DNA from: Ginglymostoma cirratum
Lineage: Eukaryota
Assembly: GCA_024137785.1 (NCBI GenBank)
Contig: JAHRHZ010000116.1
Location: forward strand, 609,421 to 673,420
Length of the DNA: 64,000 nt
Direction of reading: 5' to 3'
Shown: positions 38,760 to 51,720 of the stretch, in pieces
Layout: each line of letters begins with the position of its first letter
How positions within the stretch are numbered: position 1 is the stretch's first letter
Translations under genes and position numbers: made by a program
Notes under the pieces: model-generated
The model's database searches: none
Seen by the model: the letters and a program-made list of their open reading frames with translations, nothing else
What the model was told of the DNA's origin: nothing

Positions 38760-38980
38760 TGACCCTACTGTCAGTTTCTGCTGCTGCTTTTCTTCTGACT
38801 GAATCCCTAGTGATTTTCAACATTTGCAGTTGCAGTAGCATCTGCCTGACAGCAGAAGGTAACATTTGGTCATTTTAAAAAGTAAAGTCAAGAGAAGGCA
38901 GACAGGCTTTGACCCCTTTTAATTCATGTAATCCACAGGAAAAAAAATCTCCCATTGCACAGATAAACGTATGCACATGT

Positions 38981-38982
<2 letters not shown>

Positions 38983-39029
<47 letters not shown>
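38983..39029. repeat. (AC)n microsatellite
   Basis: Direct reading. Confidence 0.95.
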
Positions 39030-39035
<6 letters not shown>

Positions 39036-40233
39036 GAGAGATATTATACAAACACAGACGTGGGCGCACACGCACTCATACATAGGCGGTCGAATATGTA
39101 TACACAGTGCACGGTCAAATCCCCAAGTAGTGACACACACACATACACTTACATATAGTCAAACATAAACATTCATGTCCATTGCTCCCTGAATTAATGG
39201 CTATTGTAACATTATTATTGTGATTCCGTTATAACTGAAGGCAACGTTTGGATTGTCATTTTCTTTGAAAATTCAGTGCAGTTTCTGTAAACTCTGTAGA
39301 TGCTGTTGCAAACCCCTGGATGTAATAGACTGAATATTGGACTTCTACTCTTCAGAGCCCATAAAAACCTAAGGCTGTTATTACTTCGAGTAACAGATTG
39401 CGGCACTTCAGAATGGTCCAAATTGGGGTCTAGATGCTTTTGCTGATATGAAATCATGTGATTCAGCACATAGAAATTCCTTATTTTCTCGACAGCTGGC
39501 CGTGAGCTATTTCAGTTCATGGGACATATCGAACTAGCTTTTGACAAAAGAGAATGTAAACGCCTCCAACACGCTATCAGGGAGCTAATTCATATCACGA
39601 CAGCACAATGCTAAAATAAACTGCTCCCGTGTTGCCTCGAAAGCTTTGCAACATGTATGTATCTCTGCATAGGTTGGGATAACAGAACATTTGTAAAGCA
39701 TTATTGAAATTTGACAAAACCAGTTAAGGTTTATGAAAACCAGGGCATTCATCACAAACCGACTGAGCCTTCCATTTTTGAGGATATAACGAATATAATA
39801 GGTAAGAGAGAGCTAGTGCATTTGAATTTTCAGGAAGCTTTTGATAGACTCTCACATAAGATGTTAATGGGCAATACTCGTTTGGCTATAAGGCGTTGGC
39901 ACAATGAGGGAGAATTTGTTCACAAACACGAAACAGAGTGGGCAAAATGAGTCTTTTACCTGAGTGGCATACAATCACTTCCAATGCACTCAATTCCCCC
40001 AGCCCTGACAAAGAATTGTTGCTGGTTCCAAGCCCGCTATGAATTGGCATAATCTCGTGTCTTTACATCAGAAATAGGTTACATGTAATCTGTAACTTGC
40101 TTCTTCAAATAAGCCTCTGTTCTTTCCATTCACAAACTTCTGTTCATAAGGATCAGAATTTAACAGCTTGTCAATTGTTTTGTCTGTGAGTTACGGAGGT
40201 CAGACTGACTCATATAACATAGCCACGGTCAGC

Positions 40234-40779
40234 ATGCTGTCACTGAGATCTCTTCATCTCCTTCATGCTTTCTAATCAAGTGTCTAACTTCAAAAAAAAA
40301 ATTCCCGAAATTTAGCAAACTTTTCAATTTCCCTGACAATTCCCTCCCCAAAGTAGGGGTAATGTGGGGACTTGGGAATTGCATGACCAGGAATCATACA
40401 TTTATAATGAATGCTGATTTAATTTCCTATGTACACTATCGGATGTGGTGTTGACTTAGTAGGAGGCAGGAAGAACTATCGCTGAACACGGCTGATGTCT
40501 GAGATGGACCTTCAAAACCAGTAGATTTCGATCTGAGCATCTATTACATGTACTGGTACCAACAAAGTCCCAGAGAGGGCCAGAAATGGCTAATTTGGCA
40601 CTACTTTAAAAACAACAAACGTTTTAAATCAGATGTTGAACGATGAGTTATTGCTTACAAATATTGTTCAAAGAATATCTTAGATTTACATGTTAGGACA
40701 CTGACAATGTCAGACACCGTGACATATTCTTGTACATGGTTACAGTAAGACAGATCAGATTCAGACCTGTCCAAGACCC
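40234..40779 (+). pseudogene. VH-like V pseudogene V2
   Basis: Leader 40234-40279 with internal TAA; acceptor AG>AT; FDLSIYYMYWYQQSP..RTLTMSDTVTYSC; RSS tacagta (40741)-23-ccaagaccc. Confidence 0.87.
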
Positions 40780-41167
40780 TACAAGAGAAAATGCAATGCT
40801 TTCCGTGATTCTCAATTTACCTGTACGCCACGAATAACAAGTCATAGAATCACATTATTTTAATTAGCAGGAAGAACGCGATCAGCCTTTTATATGTCTG
40901 TCTCCTGGTTCCATTTACTGCTCAATGACGCCTCTCCACAGCAAATTACGCAGTATCATTGTTTTTACATCCTACGTATCTATACATTCATTTGGTTATA
41001 CTCTGAAAGCAGTGCTTATTCTTTTCCTTGCCAGTAACTTTGTCATGTGTCCTAGTTCTTATCAACTCGCTGTATAGAGATTTATATCCACCAGCCCGCT
41101 CTCCCATTTCTCTACATTCTGAATGCCTGTAGAAGGTAAGACATAGGCGCAGAAGTATGCCATTCAT

Positions 41168-41420
41168 TACTGCGTAATTTGCAGTGGAGTGGAGTCATTG
41201 AGCAGTAAATGGAACGAGGAGGCGGACATATGAAAGGCTGATCGCGTTCTTCCTGCTATTTACAATAATGTGATTCTGTGACTTGTTATTCTTGGCGTAC
41301 AGGTAAATTGAGAATCATGGAAAGCATTGCATTTTTTCTTGCAGGGTTTTGGACAGGTCTGAATCTGATCTGTCTCACTGTGACCGTGTCCAAGAATAAG
41401 TCACAGTGTCTGACTTTCAG
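41168..41420 (-). repeat. Inverted copy of the V2 3' end, RSS and downstream flank (40701-40955)
   Basis: Reverse complement aligns along its length; minus-strand CACAGTG (41382-41376)-23-CCAAAACCC (41352-41344). Confidence 0.9.
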
Positions 41421-42444
41421 CCCATTTAGTGCTTTTCACCCGCAGTGAGATCATGGCCGATCTAATCACTGATTTTAAAAAGTAATGTCTGTTTCACCCT
41501 TGAATGTTTAATTTGATTTAATTTGATTGTTGTTGTGTACATTGGGATATAGTGAAAAGTATTGCAATGAATGATCCAGTATTCACTGCCCTCTGTGGCA
41601 AATAACCATACAGATTCATTCCTTTGTGAGAGGAGAAATACATCCTCAAATCTGTCTTAAATATGTAAATTCTAATTCTGAGATTGCACCTTCATGTCCT
41701 ACATTCTCTCACAAGTGGAAACCAACCTCTGCACACTTCCGGTGAAAAATCTTCATGCCTGGGCCAGGTCGGACTTCAACATGGTCCTCCTGACTCAAAA
41801 GTACTGATATAATGCAACCCATCGAGGTCCCTTCACGTTTATATATTGAATAATTAAACTCACGGTGATAAACACAAAACATATTTGCTCTCGGTCCTTT
41901 GTCTGCAGGTCTCAGGTTCTCGAACAGGATTATCTAATCTTGTGTCAAGTTTTTGGTGTTGCAAAGAGAGTGGATCAACACTTCAGTGTCCAAAGGTGGC
42001 GAAAAATAACTTGTCTGTTCATTGTCATCAACCAACCCAAAAAGTAAGGATCTTTTTGTAGCATTCTGGAAACCGTCTGAAATATAAATGATATTGAGGA
42101 TAATTGGATAAATTTCTGTTTTACGTATTGTGTCTATTACATTGTGAGATCTGTTCAGCCTGTACAAATCATCCCTGATCTATAAATTCATTCTAACCAA
42201 ACATATTCTTAACATATTGTGGGCTATAACTCCAGAAAAATAACATTGGACAAAGTGGAGGGAATGTTCAGAATATCAGGCCAGCCACCAAAGAGAAACT
42301 TAGGACAAAACAGACATTAAATTGTCACCATTGAATTTAGTAAGTTTAACTGCTCACCGAGTTAAAAGCAACGAAGACTGCCGATGCTTGAGTTGAAGCT
42401 GCCATCAGTTTGAATGGCGCCAAATAGTACCCTCACTGCGATTG

Positions 42445-42750
42445 AATCATCATAGAATCCATACAGTGTGGAAGCAGGCGATTCGTCCTATCAAGTCCAC
42501 ACTGTCCCTCCGAAGACTTCCCACTCATTACAGTCTTCCTGTATTTCCCACCTTAGACATTATGGACAATTTAGCATCGCCAATCAGCCTAACCTGCATC
42601 TGTGGGCAGAAACCAGAAAACCCAAAGGAAAACCACGCAGACACCAGGAGAATGTGTGAACTCCACACAGACAGTCGCCCGAGGCTGGAAACGGAGCCCG
42701 GGTCGCTGGTGCTGTGAGGCAGTGCAAACTGTCACAGTGTCACTGTGCCA
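42445..42750 (-). mobile_element. HE1-like V-SINE
   Basis: Reverse complement is similar to 10997-11322. Confidence 0.82.
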
Positions 42751-43493
42751 CTGTGACACTCGCGGTGAGCTTCGCCTTCCTGTTATGCAGAAGTGGGAAT
42801 TTACCAACAGAGGTGCATTGCATCACGATAAATTCAATGGAAAAAACAAGGAAAGAGGCGGTGATACTCTTTCTTTAAAAAATCATTCATTATCGTCCTT
42901 CAAATAATTCATCTTCTGATGCAGCAGCCATCTGTTTCTGCACTCGCTTTAGCGCAGTGAAGCAGCGAATCAGATGAATATTTCTCAACTTGTGAGCTTG
43001 TTTTATTTCATGGGACACGGAGACAGACAGATCCACTCACTGCACACCATGCACATACGTTGAAACGCTCCAGCAAAAACCTCAAAACAAATATGCACAA
43101 CTGACCATTCATATTGACAATCAGAAAAATACACATAAGTAATTACGACTGAATTTACAGACGAAAACAAATAAACACACAGCACTGAACCTCCCACATG
43201 GCCACAAGCATATACAAACACGTGTTCAAACAGAAACCAGGGGTGTTAGTAGGTACGACAGGTACTTTGACATTATTGAGATGTAATGTGGGTCCAGTTC
43301 TATGAAGATTCTGTAATCAGTTAAAAAATATATCCATAGAGGGAAGTTGAACTAATTCCAGTGAAAGGTGCTGAGGGGAACCAAAAGAGGCGAAGTGATA
43401 TTGTTGAGTCTGAGTGCAGAAAAACAAGAATAGAGATTCAGAATAAAAGGGAAACTGATAAAAGTTATATCAAAGTTAGCGACAGACAAAGTT

Positions 43494-43533
43494 GAGTTCT
43501 GAGGAAGGTTCGCCGGACCTGAAACGTTAACTC
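43494..43533 (+). ncRNA. Minimal type I hammerhead ribozyme motif in a Penelope pLTR-derived insertion (about 43497-43599)
   Basis: Stem I GAGTT/AACTC; core CTGAGGA; stem II AGGTTC-GCC-GGACCT; GAAA; loopless palindromic stem III (ACGT); GUU triplet. TSD AAAGTTGAG at 43488-43496 and 43600-43608. Confidence 0.65.
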
Positions 43534-43814
43534 TATTTTCTCCTCCACAGATGCTGCCAGACCTGCTGAACTTTTCCAGCAACTTTGTTTTTGTTCCTGA
43601 AAGTTGAGATTGAGTTGAGTAATGCGGGAGGAGGGATTTCAGGGATTTAAATTCAAAGCAGATGGTTTATCGGGCCTCAGGAATTACAGGTGTGTGTGAT
43701 TCTCGACTATACCGTGTATAGGCTAATTGGTAAGCTGGAGATTGGGGCTGAATGTGTAGTCTTCAAAGTTAGACTGCTCAAAATCTGATAATTTCCTTAC
43801 CATCAATGAAGCAA

Positions 43815-44615
43815 ATCATCCATTTTGGTAGGAATAACAGCAAAATGGACTATGCTTTAAATGGTAAAAAAATTGCAGCACGCTGCTGTGCAGAGGGACT
43901 TGGGTGTCTTTGTGCATGAATCGCTAAAAGTAGGATTGCAGGTGCAGCAGGTAATTAAAAAGGCAAATGGAATTTTGTCTGTCATTGCTAGAGGGATGGA
44001 GTTTAAAAACAGGAAGGCTTTGCTGCAGCTGTATAGGGTCCTGGTGAAGCCACACCTGGAGTACTGTGCGCAGTTTTGGTCTCCTTACTTGAGAAGAGAT
44101 GTACTAGCACTGGAGGGGGTGCAGAGGAGATTCACTCGATTGATTCCAGAGATGAGAGTTTTGGATTATGAATACAGACTGAGTAGACTGGGATTATACT
44201 CATTGGAATTCAGAAGAATGAGGGGAGATCTTAAAGAAACATATTAGATTATGAAGGGGATAGATAAGGTGGAGGCAGGGAGGTTGTTTTCGCTAGCAGT
44301 TGAAACTAGGACGAGAGGGCATCGCCTCGAAATAAAGGGAAGCAGATGCAGGACTGAGGTCAGGAGAAATTCTTCACCCAAAGAGTTGTGAATCTGTGGA
44401 AGTCCCCACCGAGTGAAGTGGTCGAAGCTACCTCGCTGAATGTTTTTAAGGCAACGCTAGATTAATTTTTGAACAGTAAAGGAATTAAGGGTTATGGTGA
44501 GTGAGCGCATTAGTGAAGCTGAGTCTCAAAGATCAGCCATGATCTTATTAAATGACGGGAAGTCTTGAGGGGCCAGATGGCCTACTCCTGCTCCTAATTT
44601 TTCTGTTCTTATATT
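43815..44615 (+). mobile_element. CR1 3' fragment
   Basis: ORF 43861-44247 QRDLGV..KPHLEYCAQFWSP..RRMRGDL; CR1 3' end. Confidence 0.9.
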
Positions 44616-44744
44616 CTTGAATGTATCAGTTGCTTGTGTCTTGGCGTTAAGAATATTATCTAAAATCCATTTCAGGATCCGTGAATTCATCGAAAGTCAT
44701 CTCGCCTGCCCCCGCCCTCAAGCATCACCTGCAAAAAAGGAAAA

Positions 44745-44847
44745 GAGGTGGGAACATCCAGACGTATGACATCAGTTTACTGAGGGCGGGATTTTAGGAT
44801 GGGTGTCTTCAAATATCCGACTGCCCACGATATCAGGAGCAGCGAAG
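44745..44847 (+). promoter_or_regulatory. TCR-V promoter with CRE-like TGACATCA (44767-44774) and GC box
   Basis: About 75-80 bp upstream of ATG 44848; the block 'gaggtggga..cagtttactga..atccgactg' recurs upstream of the other B-family leaders. Confidence 0.6.
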
Positions 44848-45297
44848 ATGCTACTATTTAGCATCTGTGTTGTGTGGGGAGCATTTGTTACAGGTAAAAG
44901 AGGAGGAAATACTTTCTTATTTTTCGTTACAAATTCTTATTTTAAGCTCTCACCAATGAGACATTTAGAACTTGATAACTGTTTTCCCTTTCAGACCTGA
45001 TTCTTGGAGATTCTGTCATTCAGTCACTCTCATTAGATACTCGAGCTGAAGGAAGGGCAGTGATTCTCAACTGTACCCGATACTAGATTGAGCACCTATA
45101 TATTGCTCTGGTACAGACGGCATCCAGGCGCACAGCCCAGGTACATCCGAAGCAAAGGCAATCTTGACGTTGAGGATAAAGCAGATTTTGCGAAAGATCG
45201 TTTCTCCATAGAAATTCAGACCTCGAGGAAGTTCACCAGTTTGACTATCACCGCGCTGGAGCTGACTGACTCTGTTGTATATCACTGCACGTTCAGG
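44848..45297 (+). pseudogene. TCR Valpha/delta-like V segment B6, single frameshift after Cys23
   Basis: Leader MLLFSICVVWGAFVT (44848-44893), intact GT/AG. Exon from 44995: DLILGDSVIQSLSLDTRAEGRAVILNCT, frameshift, then LSTYILLWYRRHPGAQPRYIRSKGNLDVEDKADFAKDRFSIEIQTSRKFTSLTITALELTDSVVYHCTFR. Confidence 0.93.
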
Positions 45298-45336
45298 CAC
45301 AGTGATGAGAAACAGTCTCACTCCTGTATAAAAACT
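45298..45336 (+). other. 23-RSS of B6
   Basis: CACAGTG-23-ATAAAAACT. Confidence 0.93.
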
Positions 45337-47040
45337 GCCTGTTTGTCATAGATTGACTTTCTGCCTGCTGAAGTTGGTGCAGATTTCCAGCTCGATGAAA
45401 TGTGATGTAACGAGCTCAAACTGGTAACAAAAGGAAACCAAACTAACCTCAGATCAAACTGACTTTAAACTGTTACCCAGAGAAGCTGAAAAAATAAACT
45501 GTAGAGCGGCCGAGGCGCACAAAGACACAACACAGAATCAAATATGAACATTTCCTTTATAATTCCATGGACAAAAGCCGGCTTTTGTGTGAGTTCCAGT
45601 CCATGATATCCGAAAAAGTTCTCCTTCTCTGAGATTTACACAATCATATAATGTCAGTCTAGAATTTTTGATACAGTTAGATTTCATGGTAAGGTATGCT
45701 GATCTCCACACTGACTGAAAGCCTCATGACTTTTCTCTCCATTTGTAAAATAACATCTCTCCCAGCAGAGGGTGGAATTGCATAACATAAAACTAGCTAG
45801 AGAAACAGGATTACAGCATTGGCACTTTTTAATTAACTTATTCTGCTATGCACTGCGCAGAAAAATATTTCTAATTACTCACAAGCAGACATATACAAAC
45901 AGACACTTGCATATACCGAGATACAAAGTTCAGAACGAATAGGAGTGACAGACACCAAGCGCACGCCAACAGTCACAAGAGATAGACAGAGGACAGACAG
46001 AGACACACATGCAGATGGATAAACGCTCATTCTTCCACGTAGTCATAGACGCAGACATACACATGCATATAGTCACATGTAAACATATATGCACATTGCA
46101 ATGTAAAATAATTCCTGTTGCCATTTTTGCATATTTTCATGCAATTTATAATATGGATTCATTTGGATTTGCAAATGCTTTGCAATGTCTCCATTTGATT
46201 TAAATTATGGACATGCTGATGCGAAGTGGTTGAAACAATGGACTGATTCCTATTCCTGGAAGCCAAGGTTTCTCCCAAAACATCGTTGCCTACACAACGC
46301 ATAATTGGATGTCACAGGAGGAGGCACATCATGTTTCAGTTACATGGCCAGTTCTGAACAGAGTGATTCAACTCATTGCATTGCCCTACTCTTCACTCAG
46401 CTCACCCACATCCATTTCTCTTCCTCGAACCGATGGAACACCTCTTCAAAGGAAGAGAAGTTCAGCGGCTCCAGGGTCATCCAGGCACATCGTTTCATAT
46501 CACAACATATTGTAGCTAAAATACTCGATTCCCATGTCAACCTCAATTCCTTTGTATTATTATTATCGAATGTGTTTATGAAATGCAGATTGTGGTTAGC
46601 TAAGAACTTGATGATGTAACCAAAATGATCGATAAGGTTGCTACACTAGATTCGGTGCATTTGTATTTTCAGAAATATTTCTATAATTCTCACAAACAAC
46701 GACGTCACATAATTGTCACGGATCGGAATGTAGTCTATAGACAGGAATCAGAATGCGAATAAACTATTTTTTTTTTCCAGTGACACCCAGTTACTTACAA
46801 TTCATTCAATTCTCCAACGTTCACAGTGAGTCAGTGCTTTTTCCCAAACCCTGTTGGATGGGTAGACCTTTGTCTACTTACATAAAATTTTGATTGGAGG
46901 GGACTGAAAACCTGTGTCCTCAGTCCTATCCCTTCGACAATTCTACCAAATTCTTTTGAGGGATAGAATCTAATCATCTGCCAACTGATTTTTCAGTGAG
47001 TGAAGAGGAGCAGATTTTCTCATTTAACTCAGCATCTGGA

Positions 47041-47529
47041 ATGAAGGTTTTACCGAACTCTTTCCTCTCTTTCTCACTTTCTCATCTCAAATAGAACAAA
47101 GTTTTCACCTCCTCCGTTAGTTGCCTCACTGGGAAAAGTTACATGATCCGGTGTTGTATCGCTTTAATAAATGCTGCTTTACTTTACTAAGTGCCCAGTT
47201 GGAGACGGTGTTCAATCAGCCATGGGCAAAGGCAGAAATTCTGGAGACATTCTGAGATTGACATGTAAAAGGAGCGGGTTCAATTTGGGCAGTACTATTC
47301 ACTGCTACTGGCTAATTTCCTGAAATGGCCTCCAATGCTTGTTTGCTGTTATCCTAAATGCAACTAATGACTTAATCCTGACGTTTGACAGTGAGTTACT
47401 GATTCGAAAAAATCTTTCATGGGATGTATTTGTTTTCGGTATCAAAACAAGGACTATGTCAAACAGCATAAAGTTTATTGTCCACTGAAAGATAGTGAGA
47501 CAGCTCAGTTCCAGGTCTGTGCAAGTGCC
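47041..47529 (+). pseudogene. VH-like V pseudogene V3 (heavily decayed)
   Basis: Promoter block shared with V1; exon from about 47191 'gtgcccagttggagacggtgttcaatcagcc..ctgagattgacatgtaaaaggagcgggttcaatttgggcag' (LRLTCKRSGFNLGS); RSS gatagtg (47491)-23-gcaagtgcc. Confidence 0.82.
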
Positions 47530-48211
47530 CACGAAAGGAAATGTAACATTTTCAACTAGTCACATCGATGACAACAGATGAAGTAATCAGGTTATTAAAA
47601 TAAGAAACTGGAGATCTTTCGGCCCTTCTGATTCAGACTGCTGCTCAGTGATTCCCTCGCCGCTACTATTTCGACAAAACCAGGAACTTTAACCTCTTTT
47701 GCATATGTTCATTTATCTGGTTAAAACCGGAAATGAAGATTTTCGTTTCTCTCTACCAGTAACTTGGTCGAATTTGACAGGTATTAGGAACTTCCTGCGT
47801 AAGGGTTCATACCTTCACACCTACTCTACCATTAGATTGTAGTCAATATTCCCGAAATATCGACACAGACGGGGATAGTTTACTATTCCAAATCTCCCAG
47901 AACTTAAAAAAAAAATGAACCTCATACCGCCATCATTAGATCCCCGTGCAGAACAAAAACAGTTTCTCACATCTATTCATGCAGCTGCAGACTTTACTCC
48001 CTGAAATTATTCAGTGAAACTCACCTGCAACCGCTGTATGACGACGCTCCGTAGCTGCAGTGCCTGCCATCTATAAGACTCACTTTGATTAGAAAACGAC
48101 GCTCTTTAGACAGCAGTTCCAGAGCCTGTGTTGTCTACCATTTGGAAGGACGAAAAGGAGAACCTTTTGTAATTTGCACTCTCATCCACTTAACGTACTG
48201 TCTCAGAAGTA

Positions 48212-48535
48212 GTGAGATGAAGGCCAAATGGTATTATCATTAGACAATTAATGCACAACTTGACTCATGTTCTGGCGAAATGGTTTTGATTGCCAGTATT
48301 GTCGATGGCAGAACTTGAATTCACTGAGAATCAAACAATAACCAACGTTGATTGCTGCAAAAGCCTATCTTATTCAAAAAAAATTCTTTCGCTGGTAGAA
48401 ATCTTTCATCTTTACCTTGTCTGGTCTACATGTGACTCCAGACTTACAGCAATACGGTAAACTCCTAACTGCCCTGTGGTAAATTAGGGGTGGGTAACAA
48501 ATGTTGACCCAGTCATTGAACCCCACATCCTGTCA
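48212..48535 (+). mobile_element. SacSINE1/DeuSINE-like SINE
   Basis: Homologous to 22453-22775 and 63475-63800. Confidence 0.6.
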
Positions 48536-49679
48536 ATAATTTTTTGAAACAAATTTTCCTTCATTCATAGCCACTGGACAATGTCCAAGAAAGCCCTCAC
48601 AGAAAAAAAAATGGTATCCATATATCCGAAGGACTGCAATCGTTCAAGAAGGAATCACAACTGCTTCTTCTCCAGAGCATTTAGGACTGGGCAAGAATAA
48701 TCATTGGCATAGCTAGCGACACCACGTGACATGAATGAATTAAAACAGAAGTATCCCAAAGCACTATACAATAATGAATCATTCTACTACTGCTCGTTGC
48801 AGGTGTGTTAGCCGTTCTCAATATATAATCTGGCTTTCTACGTTACAAACAAAACTACTCTTCCAAAAATTAATTGCACATTGCAAGAGACGCTGCACTG
48901 AAGGGTATTGCCAGAGCTGGCAATCTGCTCAAATCTCTCACATCTGGTGGGCTTCAGCACTTCACAAAATCACAGAATATTTATGATGCTGTCGAAATAT
49001 ATTCAGCCTATCTTGACTGCATCTGTTCCAGTACGTTGTGTCAATATACTGCCTTTTCCCATATCTATGTACGTCATTTCTATCCGAATAACCATATCTC
49101 TTGAATGCGTCATTGAACCTGCTTCCGCCATATTTCCATTTATTGCATTTGAGCAGCTAAGTACTTCTCTGTTACCTACAAATCATGCTTAACAGACCTA
49201 CCAAATGTTTTCAATAAATAGCTCGTAGAATCGATAAAGGAAAACCATTGGATGCAGTGTATTGAATTTTCAGCCATTTTTGATAAATTCCCACCCAAAA
49301 CGTTAATGGGCAACAATAAACCATATGGGAATGGAAATGATGTGTTGGCCCAGGTCGACATTTGGTTGACAGATATGAAACTGGGAATCGGAGTAAATTA
49401 GTCTCTTTTGTGTGGTAGGCAGTGATTCTCAATTCATTCAATTCTCTAACTTTACATTGGGTCAGTGCTGCCGCCCAGCCTACTGTGGATGTTAAGAATC
49501 TCGTGCATTTACATCAGACTTCGTTTACAAATAATCAATAACATGTGTCCTTAAACATGTCACTCCTCAGCCGGTTCACAAAACTCTCCGGCAGAGGATG
49601 AGAAATCAGCAAGCTTCCCAACGTTTTTCTCACTAAGTCCCTGGAGGACAGATAGCCTCGTTTAACATTACATCTTATC

Positions 49680-50150
49680 GAGTGTATACCACAATTTTTC
49701 CCAATTTTAACAAAATGCTTAGTTCCTCTGCTTGTCCAGTCTCTGGGAATTTTTTCATAGCCTGGAGTCAAGCCACTTTAACGAATGTTCTTTTACTTTG
49801 CTAACTGTCCCATGAGCGATTATGTTCACGCAGCCAGTAACAAAGACACAAACAGGAATCATCGAAAAGTATCTGAGACAGACCTGTAAAACCAGCAGGT
49901 TCAATTTGAATAATTTCATCATGTACTGGTACCGACAAAGCCCAAGGAATTGCACGCAGGTGTTTGGTGCATTAATGAATAAACCAAAGGTTTTAATCAA
50001 TACGTTCAACAGCAAACCACTGCTTCCAAAAACCTTCTAAACAGTATATTTGCTTTGAATATCAGAATGTTGACCATGTCAGGCACCATGACATATTATT
50101 GTCCACGGGAACATGGCGACTTTGATCGGATCCAGACCTGTACAACAACC
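49680..50150 (+). pseudogene. VH-like V pseudogene V4
   Basis: FTQPVTKTQTG..LRQTCKTSRFNLNNFIMYWYRQSP, frameshift, IFALNIRMLTMSGTMTYYC; RSS catggcg (50112)-23-acaacaacc (50142-50150). Leader not clearly readable. Confidence 0.85.
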
Positions 50151-50789
50151 CATAAGAAACACCAAAAACCCTATTCTCACCCAGTCATCGATTCAGATTA
50201 TTGGAAAGAGTAAGAGGAGATAATTCAATTCTTTATATATCAATCTACTATTTCGCATTACAGCTTCACTACTGATCCTCCTTTCACTACTACTTCCGTG
50301 GACCCGATGTTTGTAGCCTATTGTGTTTAAATGCATTACTCTGACAATATTATGAAAGCATTCCATTCTATTCCTCTCAACCAGTAACTTGATCTTGTCT
50401 CTCAGGTCTACACGATTCGCTGCATAGAGGTTGAAACGACAAGCCTACTGTATCATTTGGCTGCAATCATGTCGTCATAACAACATAAAACATAAAAATA
50501 GAGGAAGGAGACTCAGACCATCAAGAATGTTCCACCAGTCAGTCAGATTGCGGTTGTTCTGACCATCCTCAAATCCACTTTCCTGAATTTTCCCCACAAT
50601 CCTTGATTCTCTCAATGATCATAATTCGGTCTATCTCAGCTTTGAAATACAATCTTCCAAGAACCTGTCCGTGTGATTCTGAAGTCTGGCTCTCTCCTCA
50701 CTGTTTCCTAATTGTCCCATTCGTACTGTCCATTACTTCACATTCTCAACAGTGTATGCACCTCCAGCTAATTACTACATCCCACAAAC

Positions 50790-51720
50790 TGTTGTGGTAC
50801 ACAACAGCAGTTCCTCAGGACAGTGCCCTGGGCCAAACCTTCACCAGCTACTGCATCAATAAGTTGTCGTCTATCATAAGGTCAGAAGTGGGTACGTATG
50901 TCAATGATTTCATAATGTTGAGCACCATTCGCGACTCCTCAGATACTGAAGCAACCCATGCTCACATGCAACAATACTTGAACAATATCTAGGCTTCAGC
51001 TAACAAATGGCAAAGAACATTCGTTCCATACAAATTCCAATTAATGTACAGCTCCAACAAGAGACAATCTAACAGCCACACTTTGACCTTCTATTGTGCT
51101 ACCATCACAGAATCTCGCACTATTGAGAACTAGGGGTTACCATTGACCAGAAGCTCAAGTGGATTTGCCATTCAAACACAAAGACTGAAAACATAAGTCA
51201 GAAACAAAGAAAATAGGGGCGTGTATCTCGGCTCCTGACTCCCCACAACTTGTCCGCTATCTACTGTCACAAAACAGGAGCGTGATTGAATACCACCTAC
51301 TTGCCTGACGGTTGTGGCTCCCACAACATTATGAGGCTTGCCACCATCTAGAACAAGGCAGCTTGCAAATTGGCACCACATCCCGAGTCATGCACTCCGT
51401 CTAACACTATCACACATTAGCGGCAGTGTACTATCAACAAAGTGCACTGTAGACATTGTTCAGAGATCCATAGCAGCACCTCCCAAAACCATGACCACTG
51501 TCATCTGGAAGGAAAGGAGCAACAGACGCGTGGAACCACCACCATCTGAAAGTTCCCATCGATGCCACTCACCGTCCTGAATTGGAATTATTCACCGTTC
51601 CTACAGTTTTGTTGGATTAAAATCCTGGAATACTCTTACTAAGGGCATTAGGGATTTATCTATAGTATCGGGACTGCAGATGTTCAAGAATCCAGCAACG
51701 CTCTTCCTGGAGTTATCTCA
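50790..51720 (+). mobile_element. Decayed L2/CR1-superfamily LINE RT fragment
   Basis: AVPQDSALGQT..CINKL..YVND (degenerate QGSVLGP and YADD); tail similar to the SacSINE1-like SINEs. Confidence 0.65.

Noticed and set aside
39103-39141. CACAGTG-23-ACACACACA
   Set aside because: Lies in CA-rich low-complexity DNA with no coding segment.
42733-42756. Cluster of three heptamers resembling a signal joint
   Set aside because: It is the head of an HE1-like SINE; there is no CACTGTG-CACAGTG junction and no nonamers.
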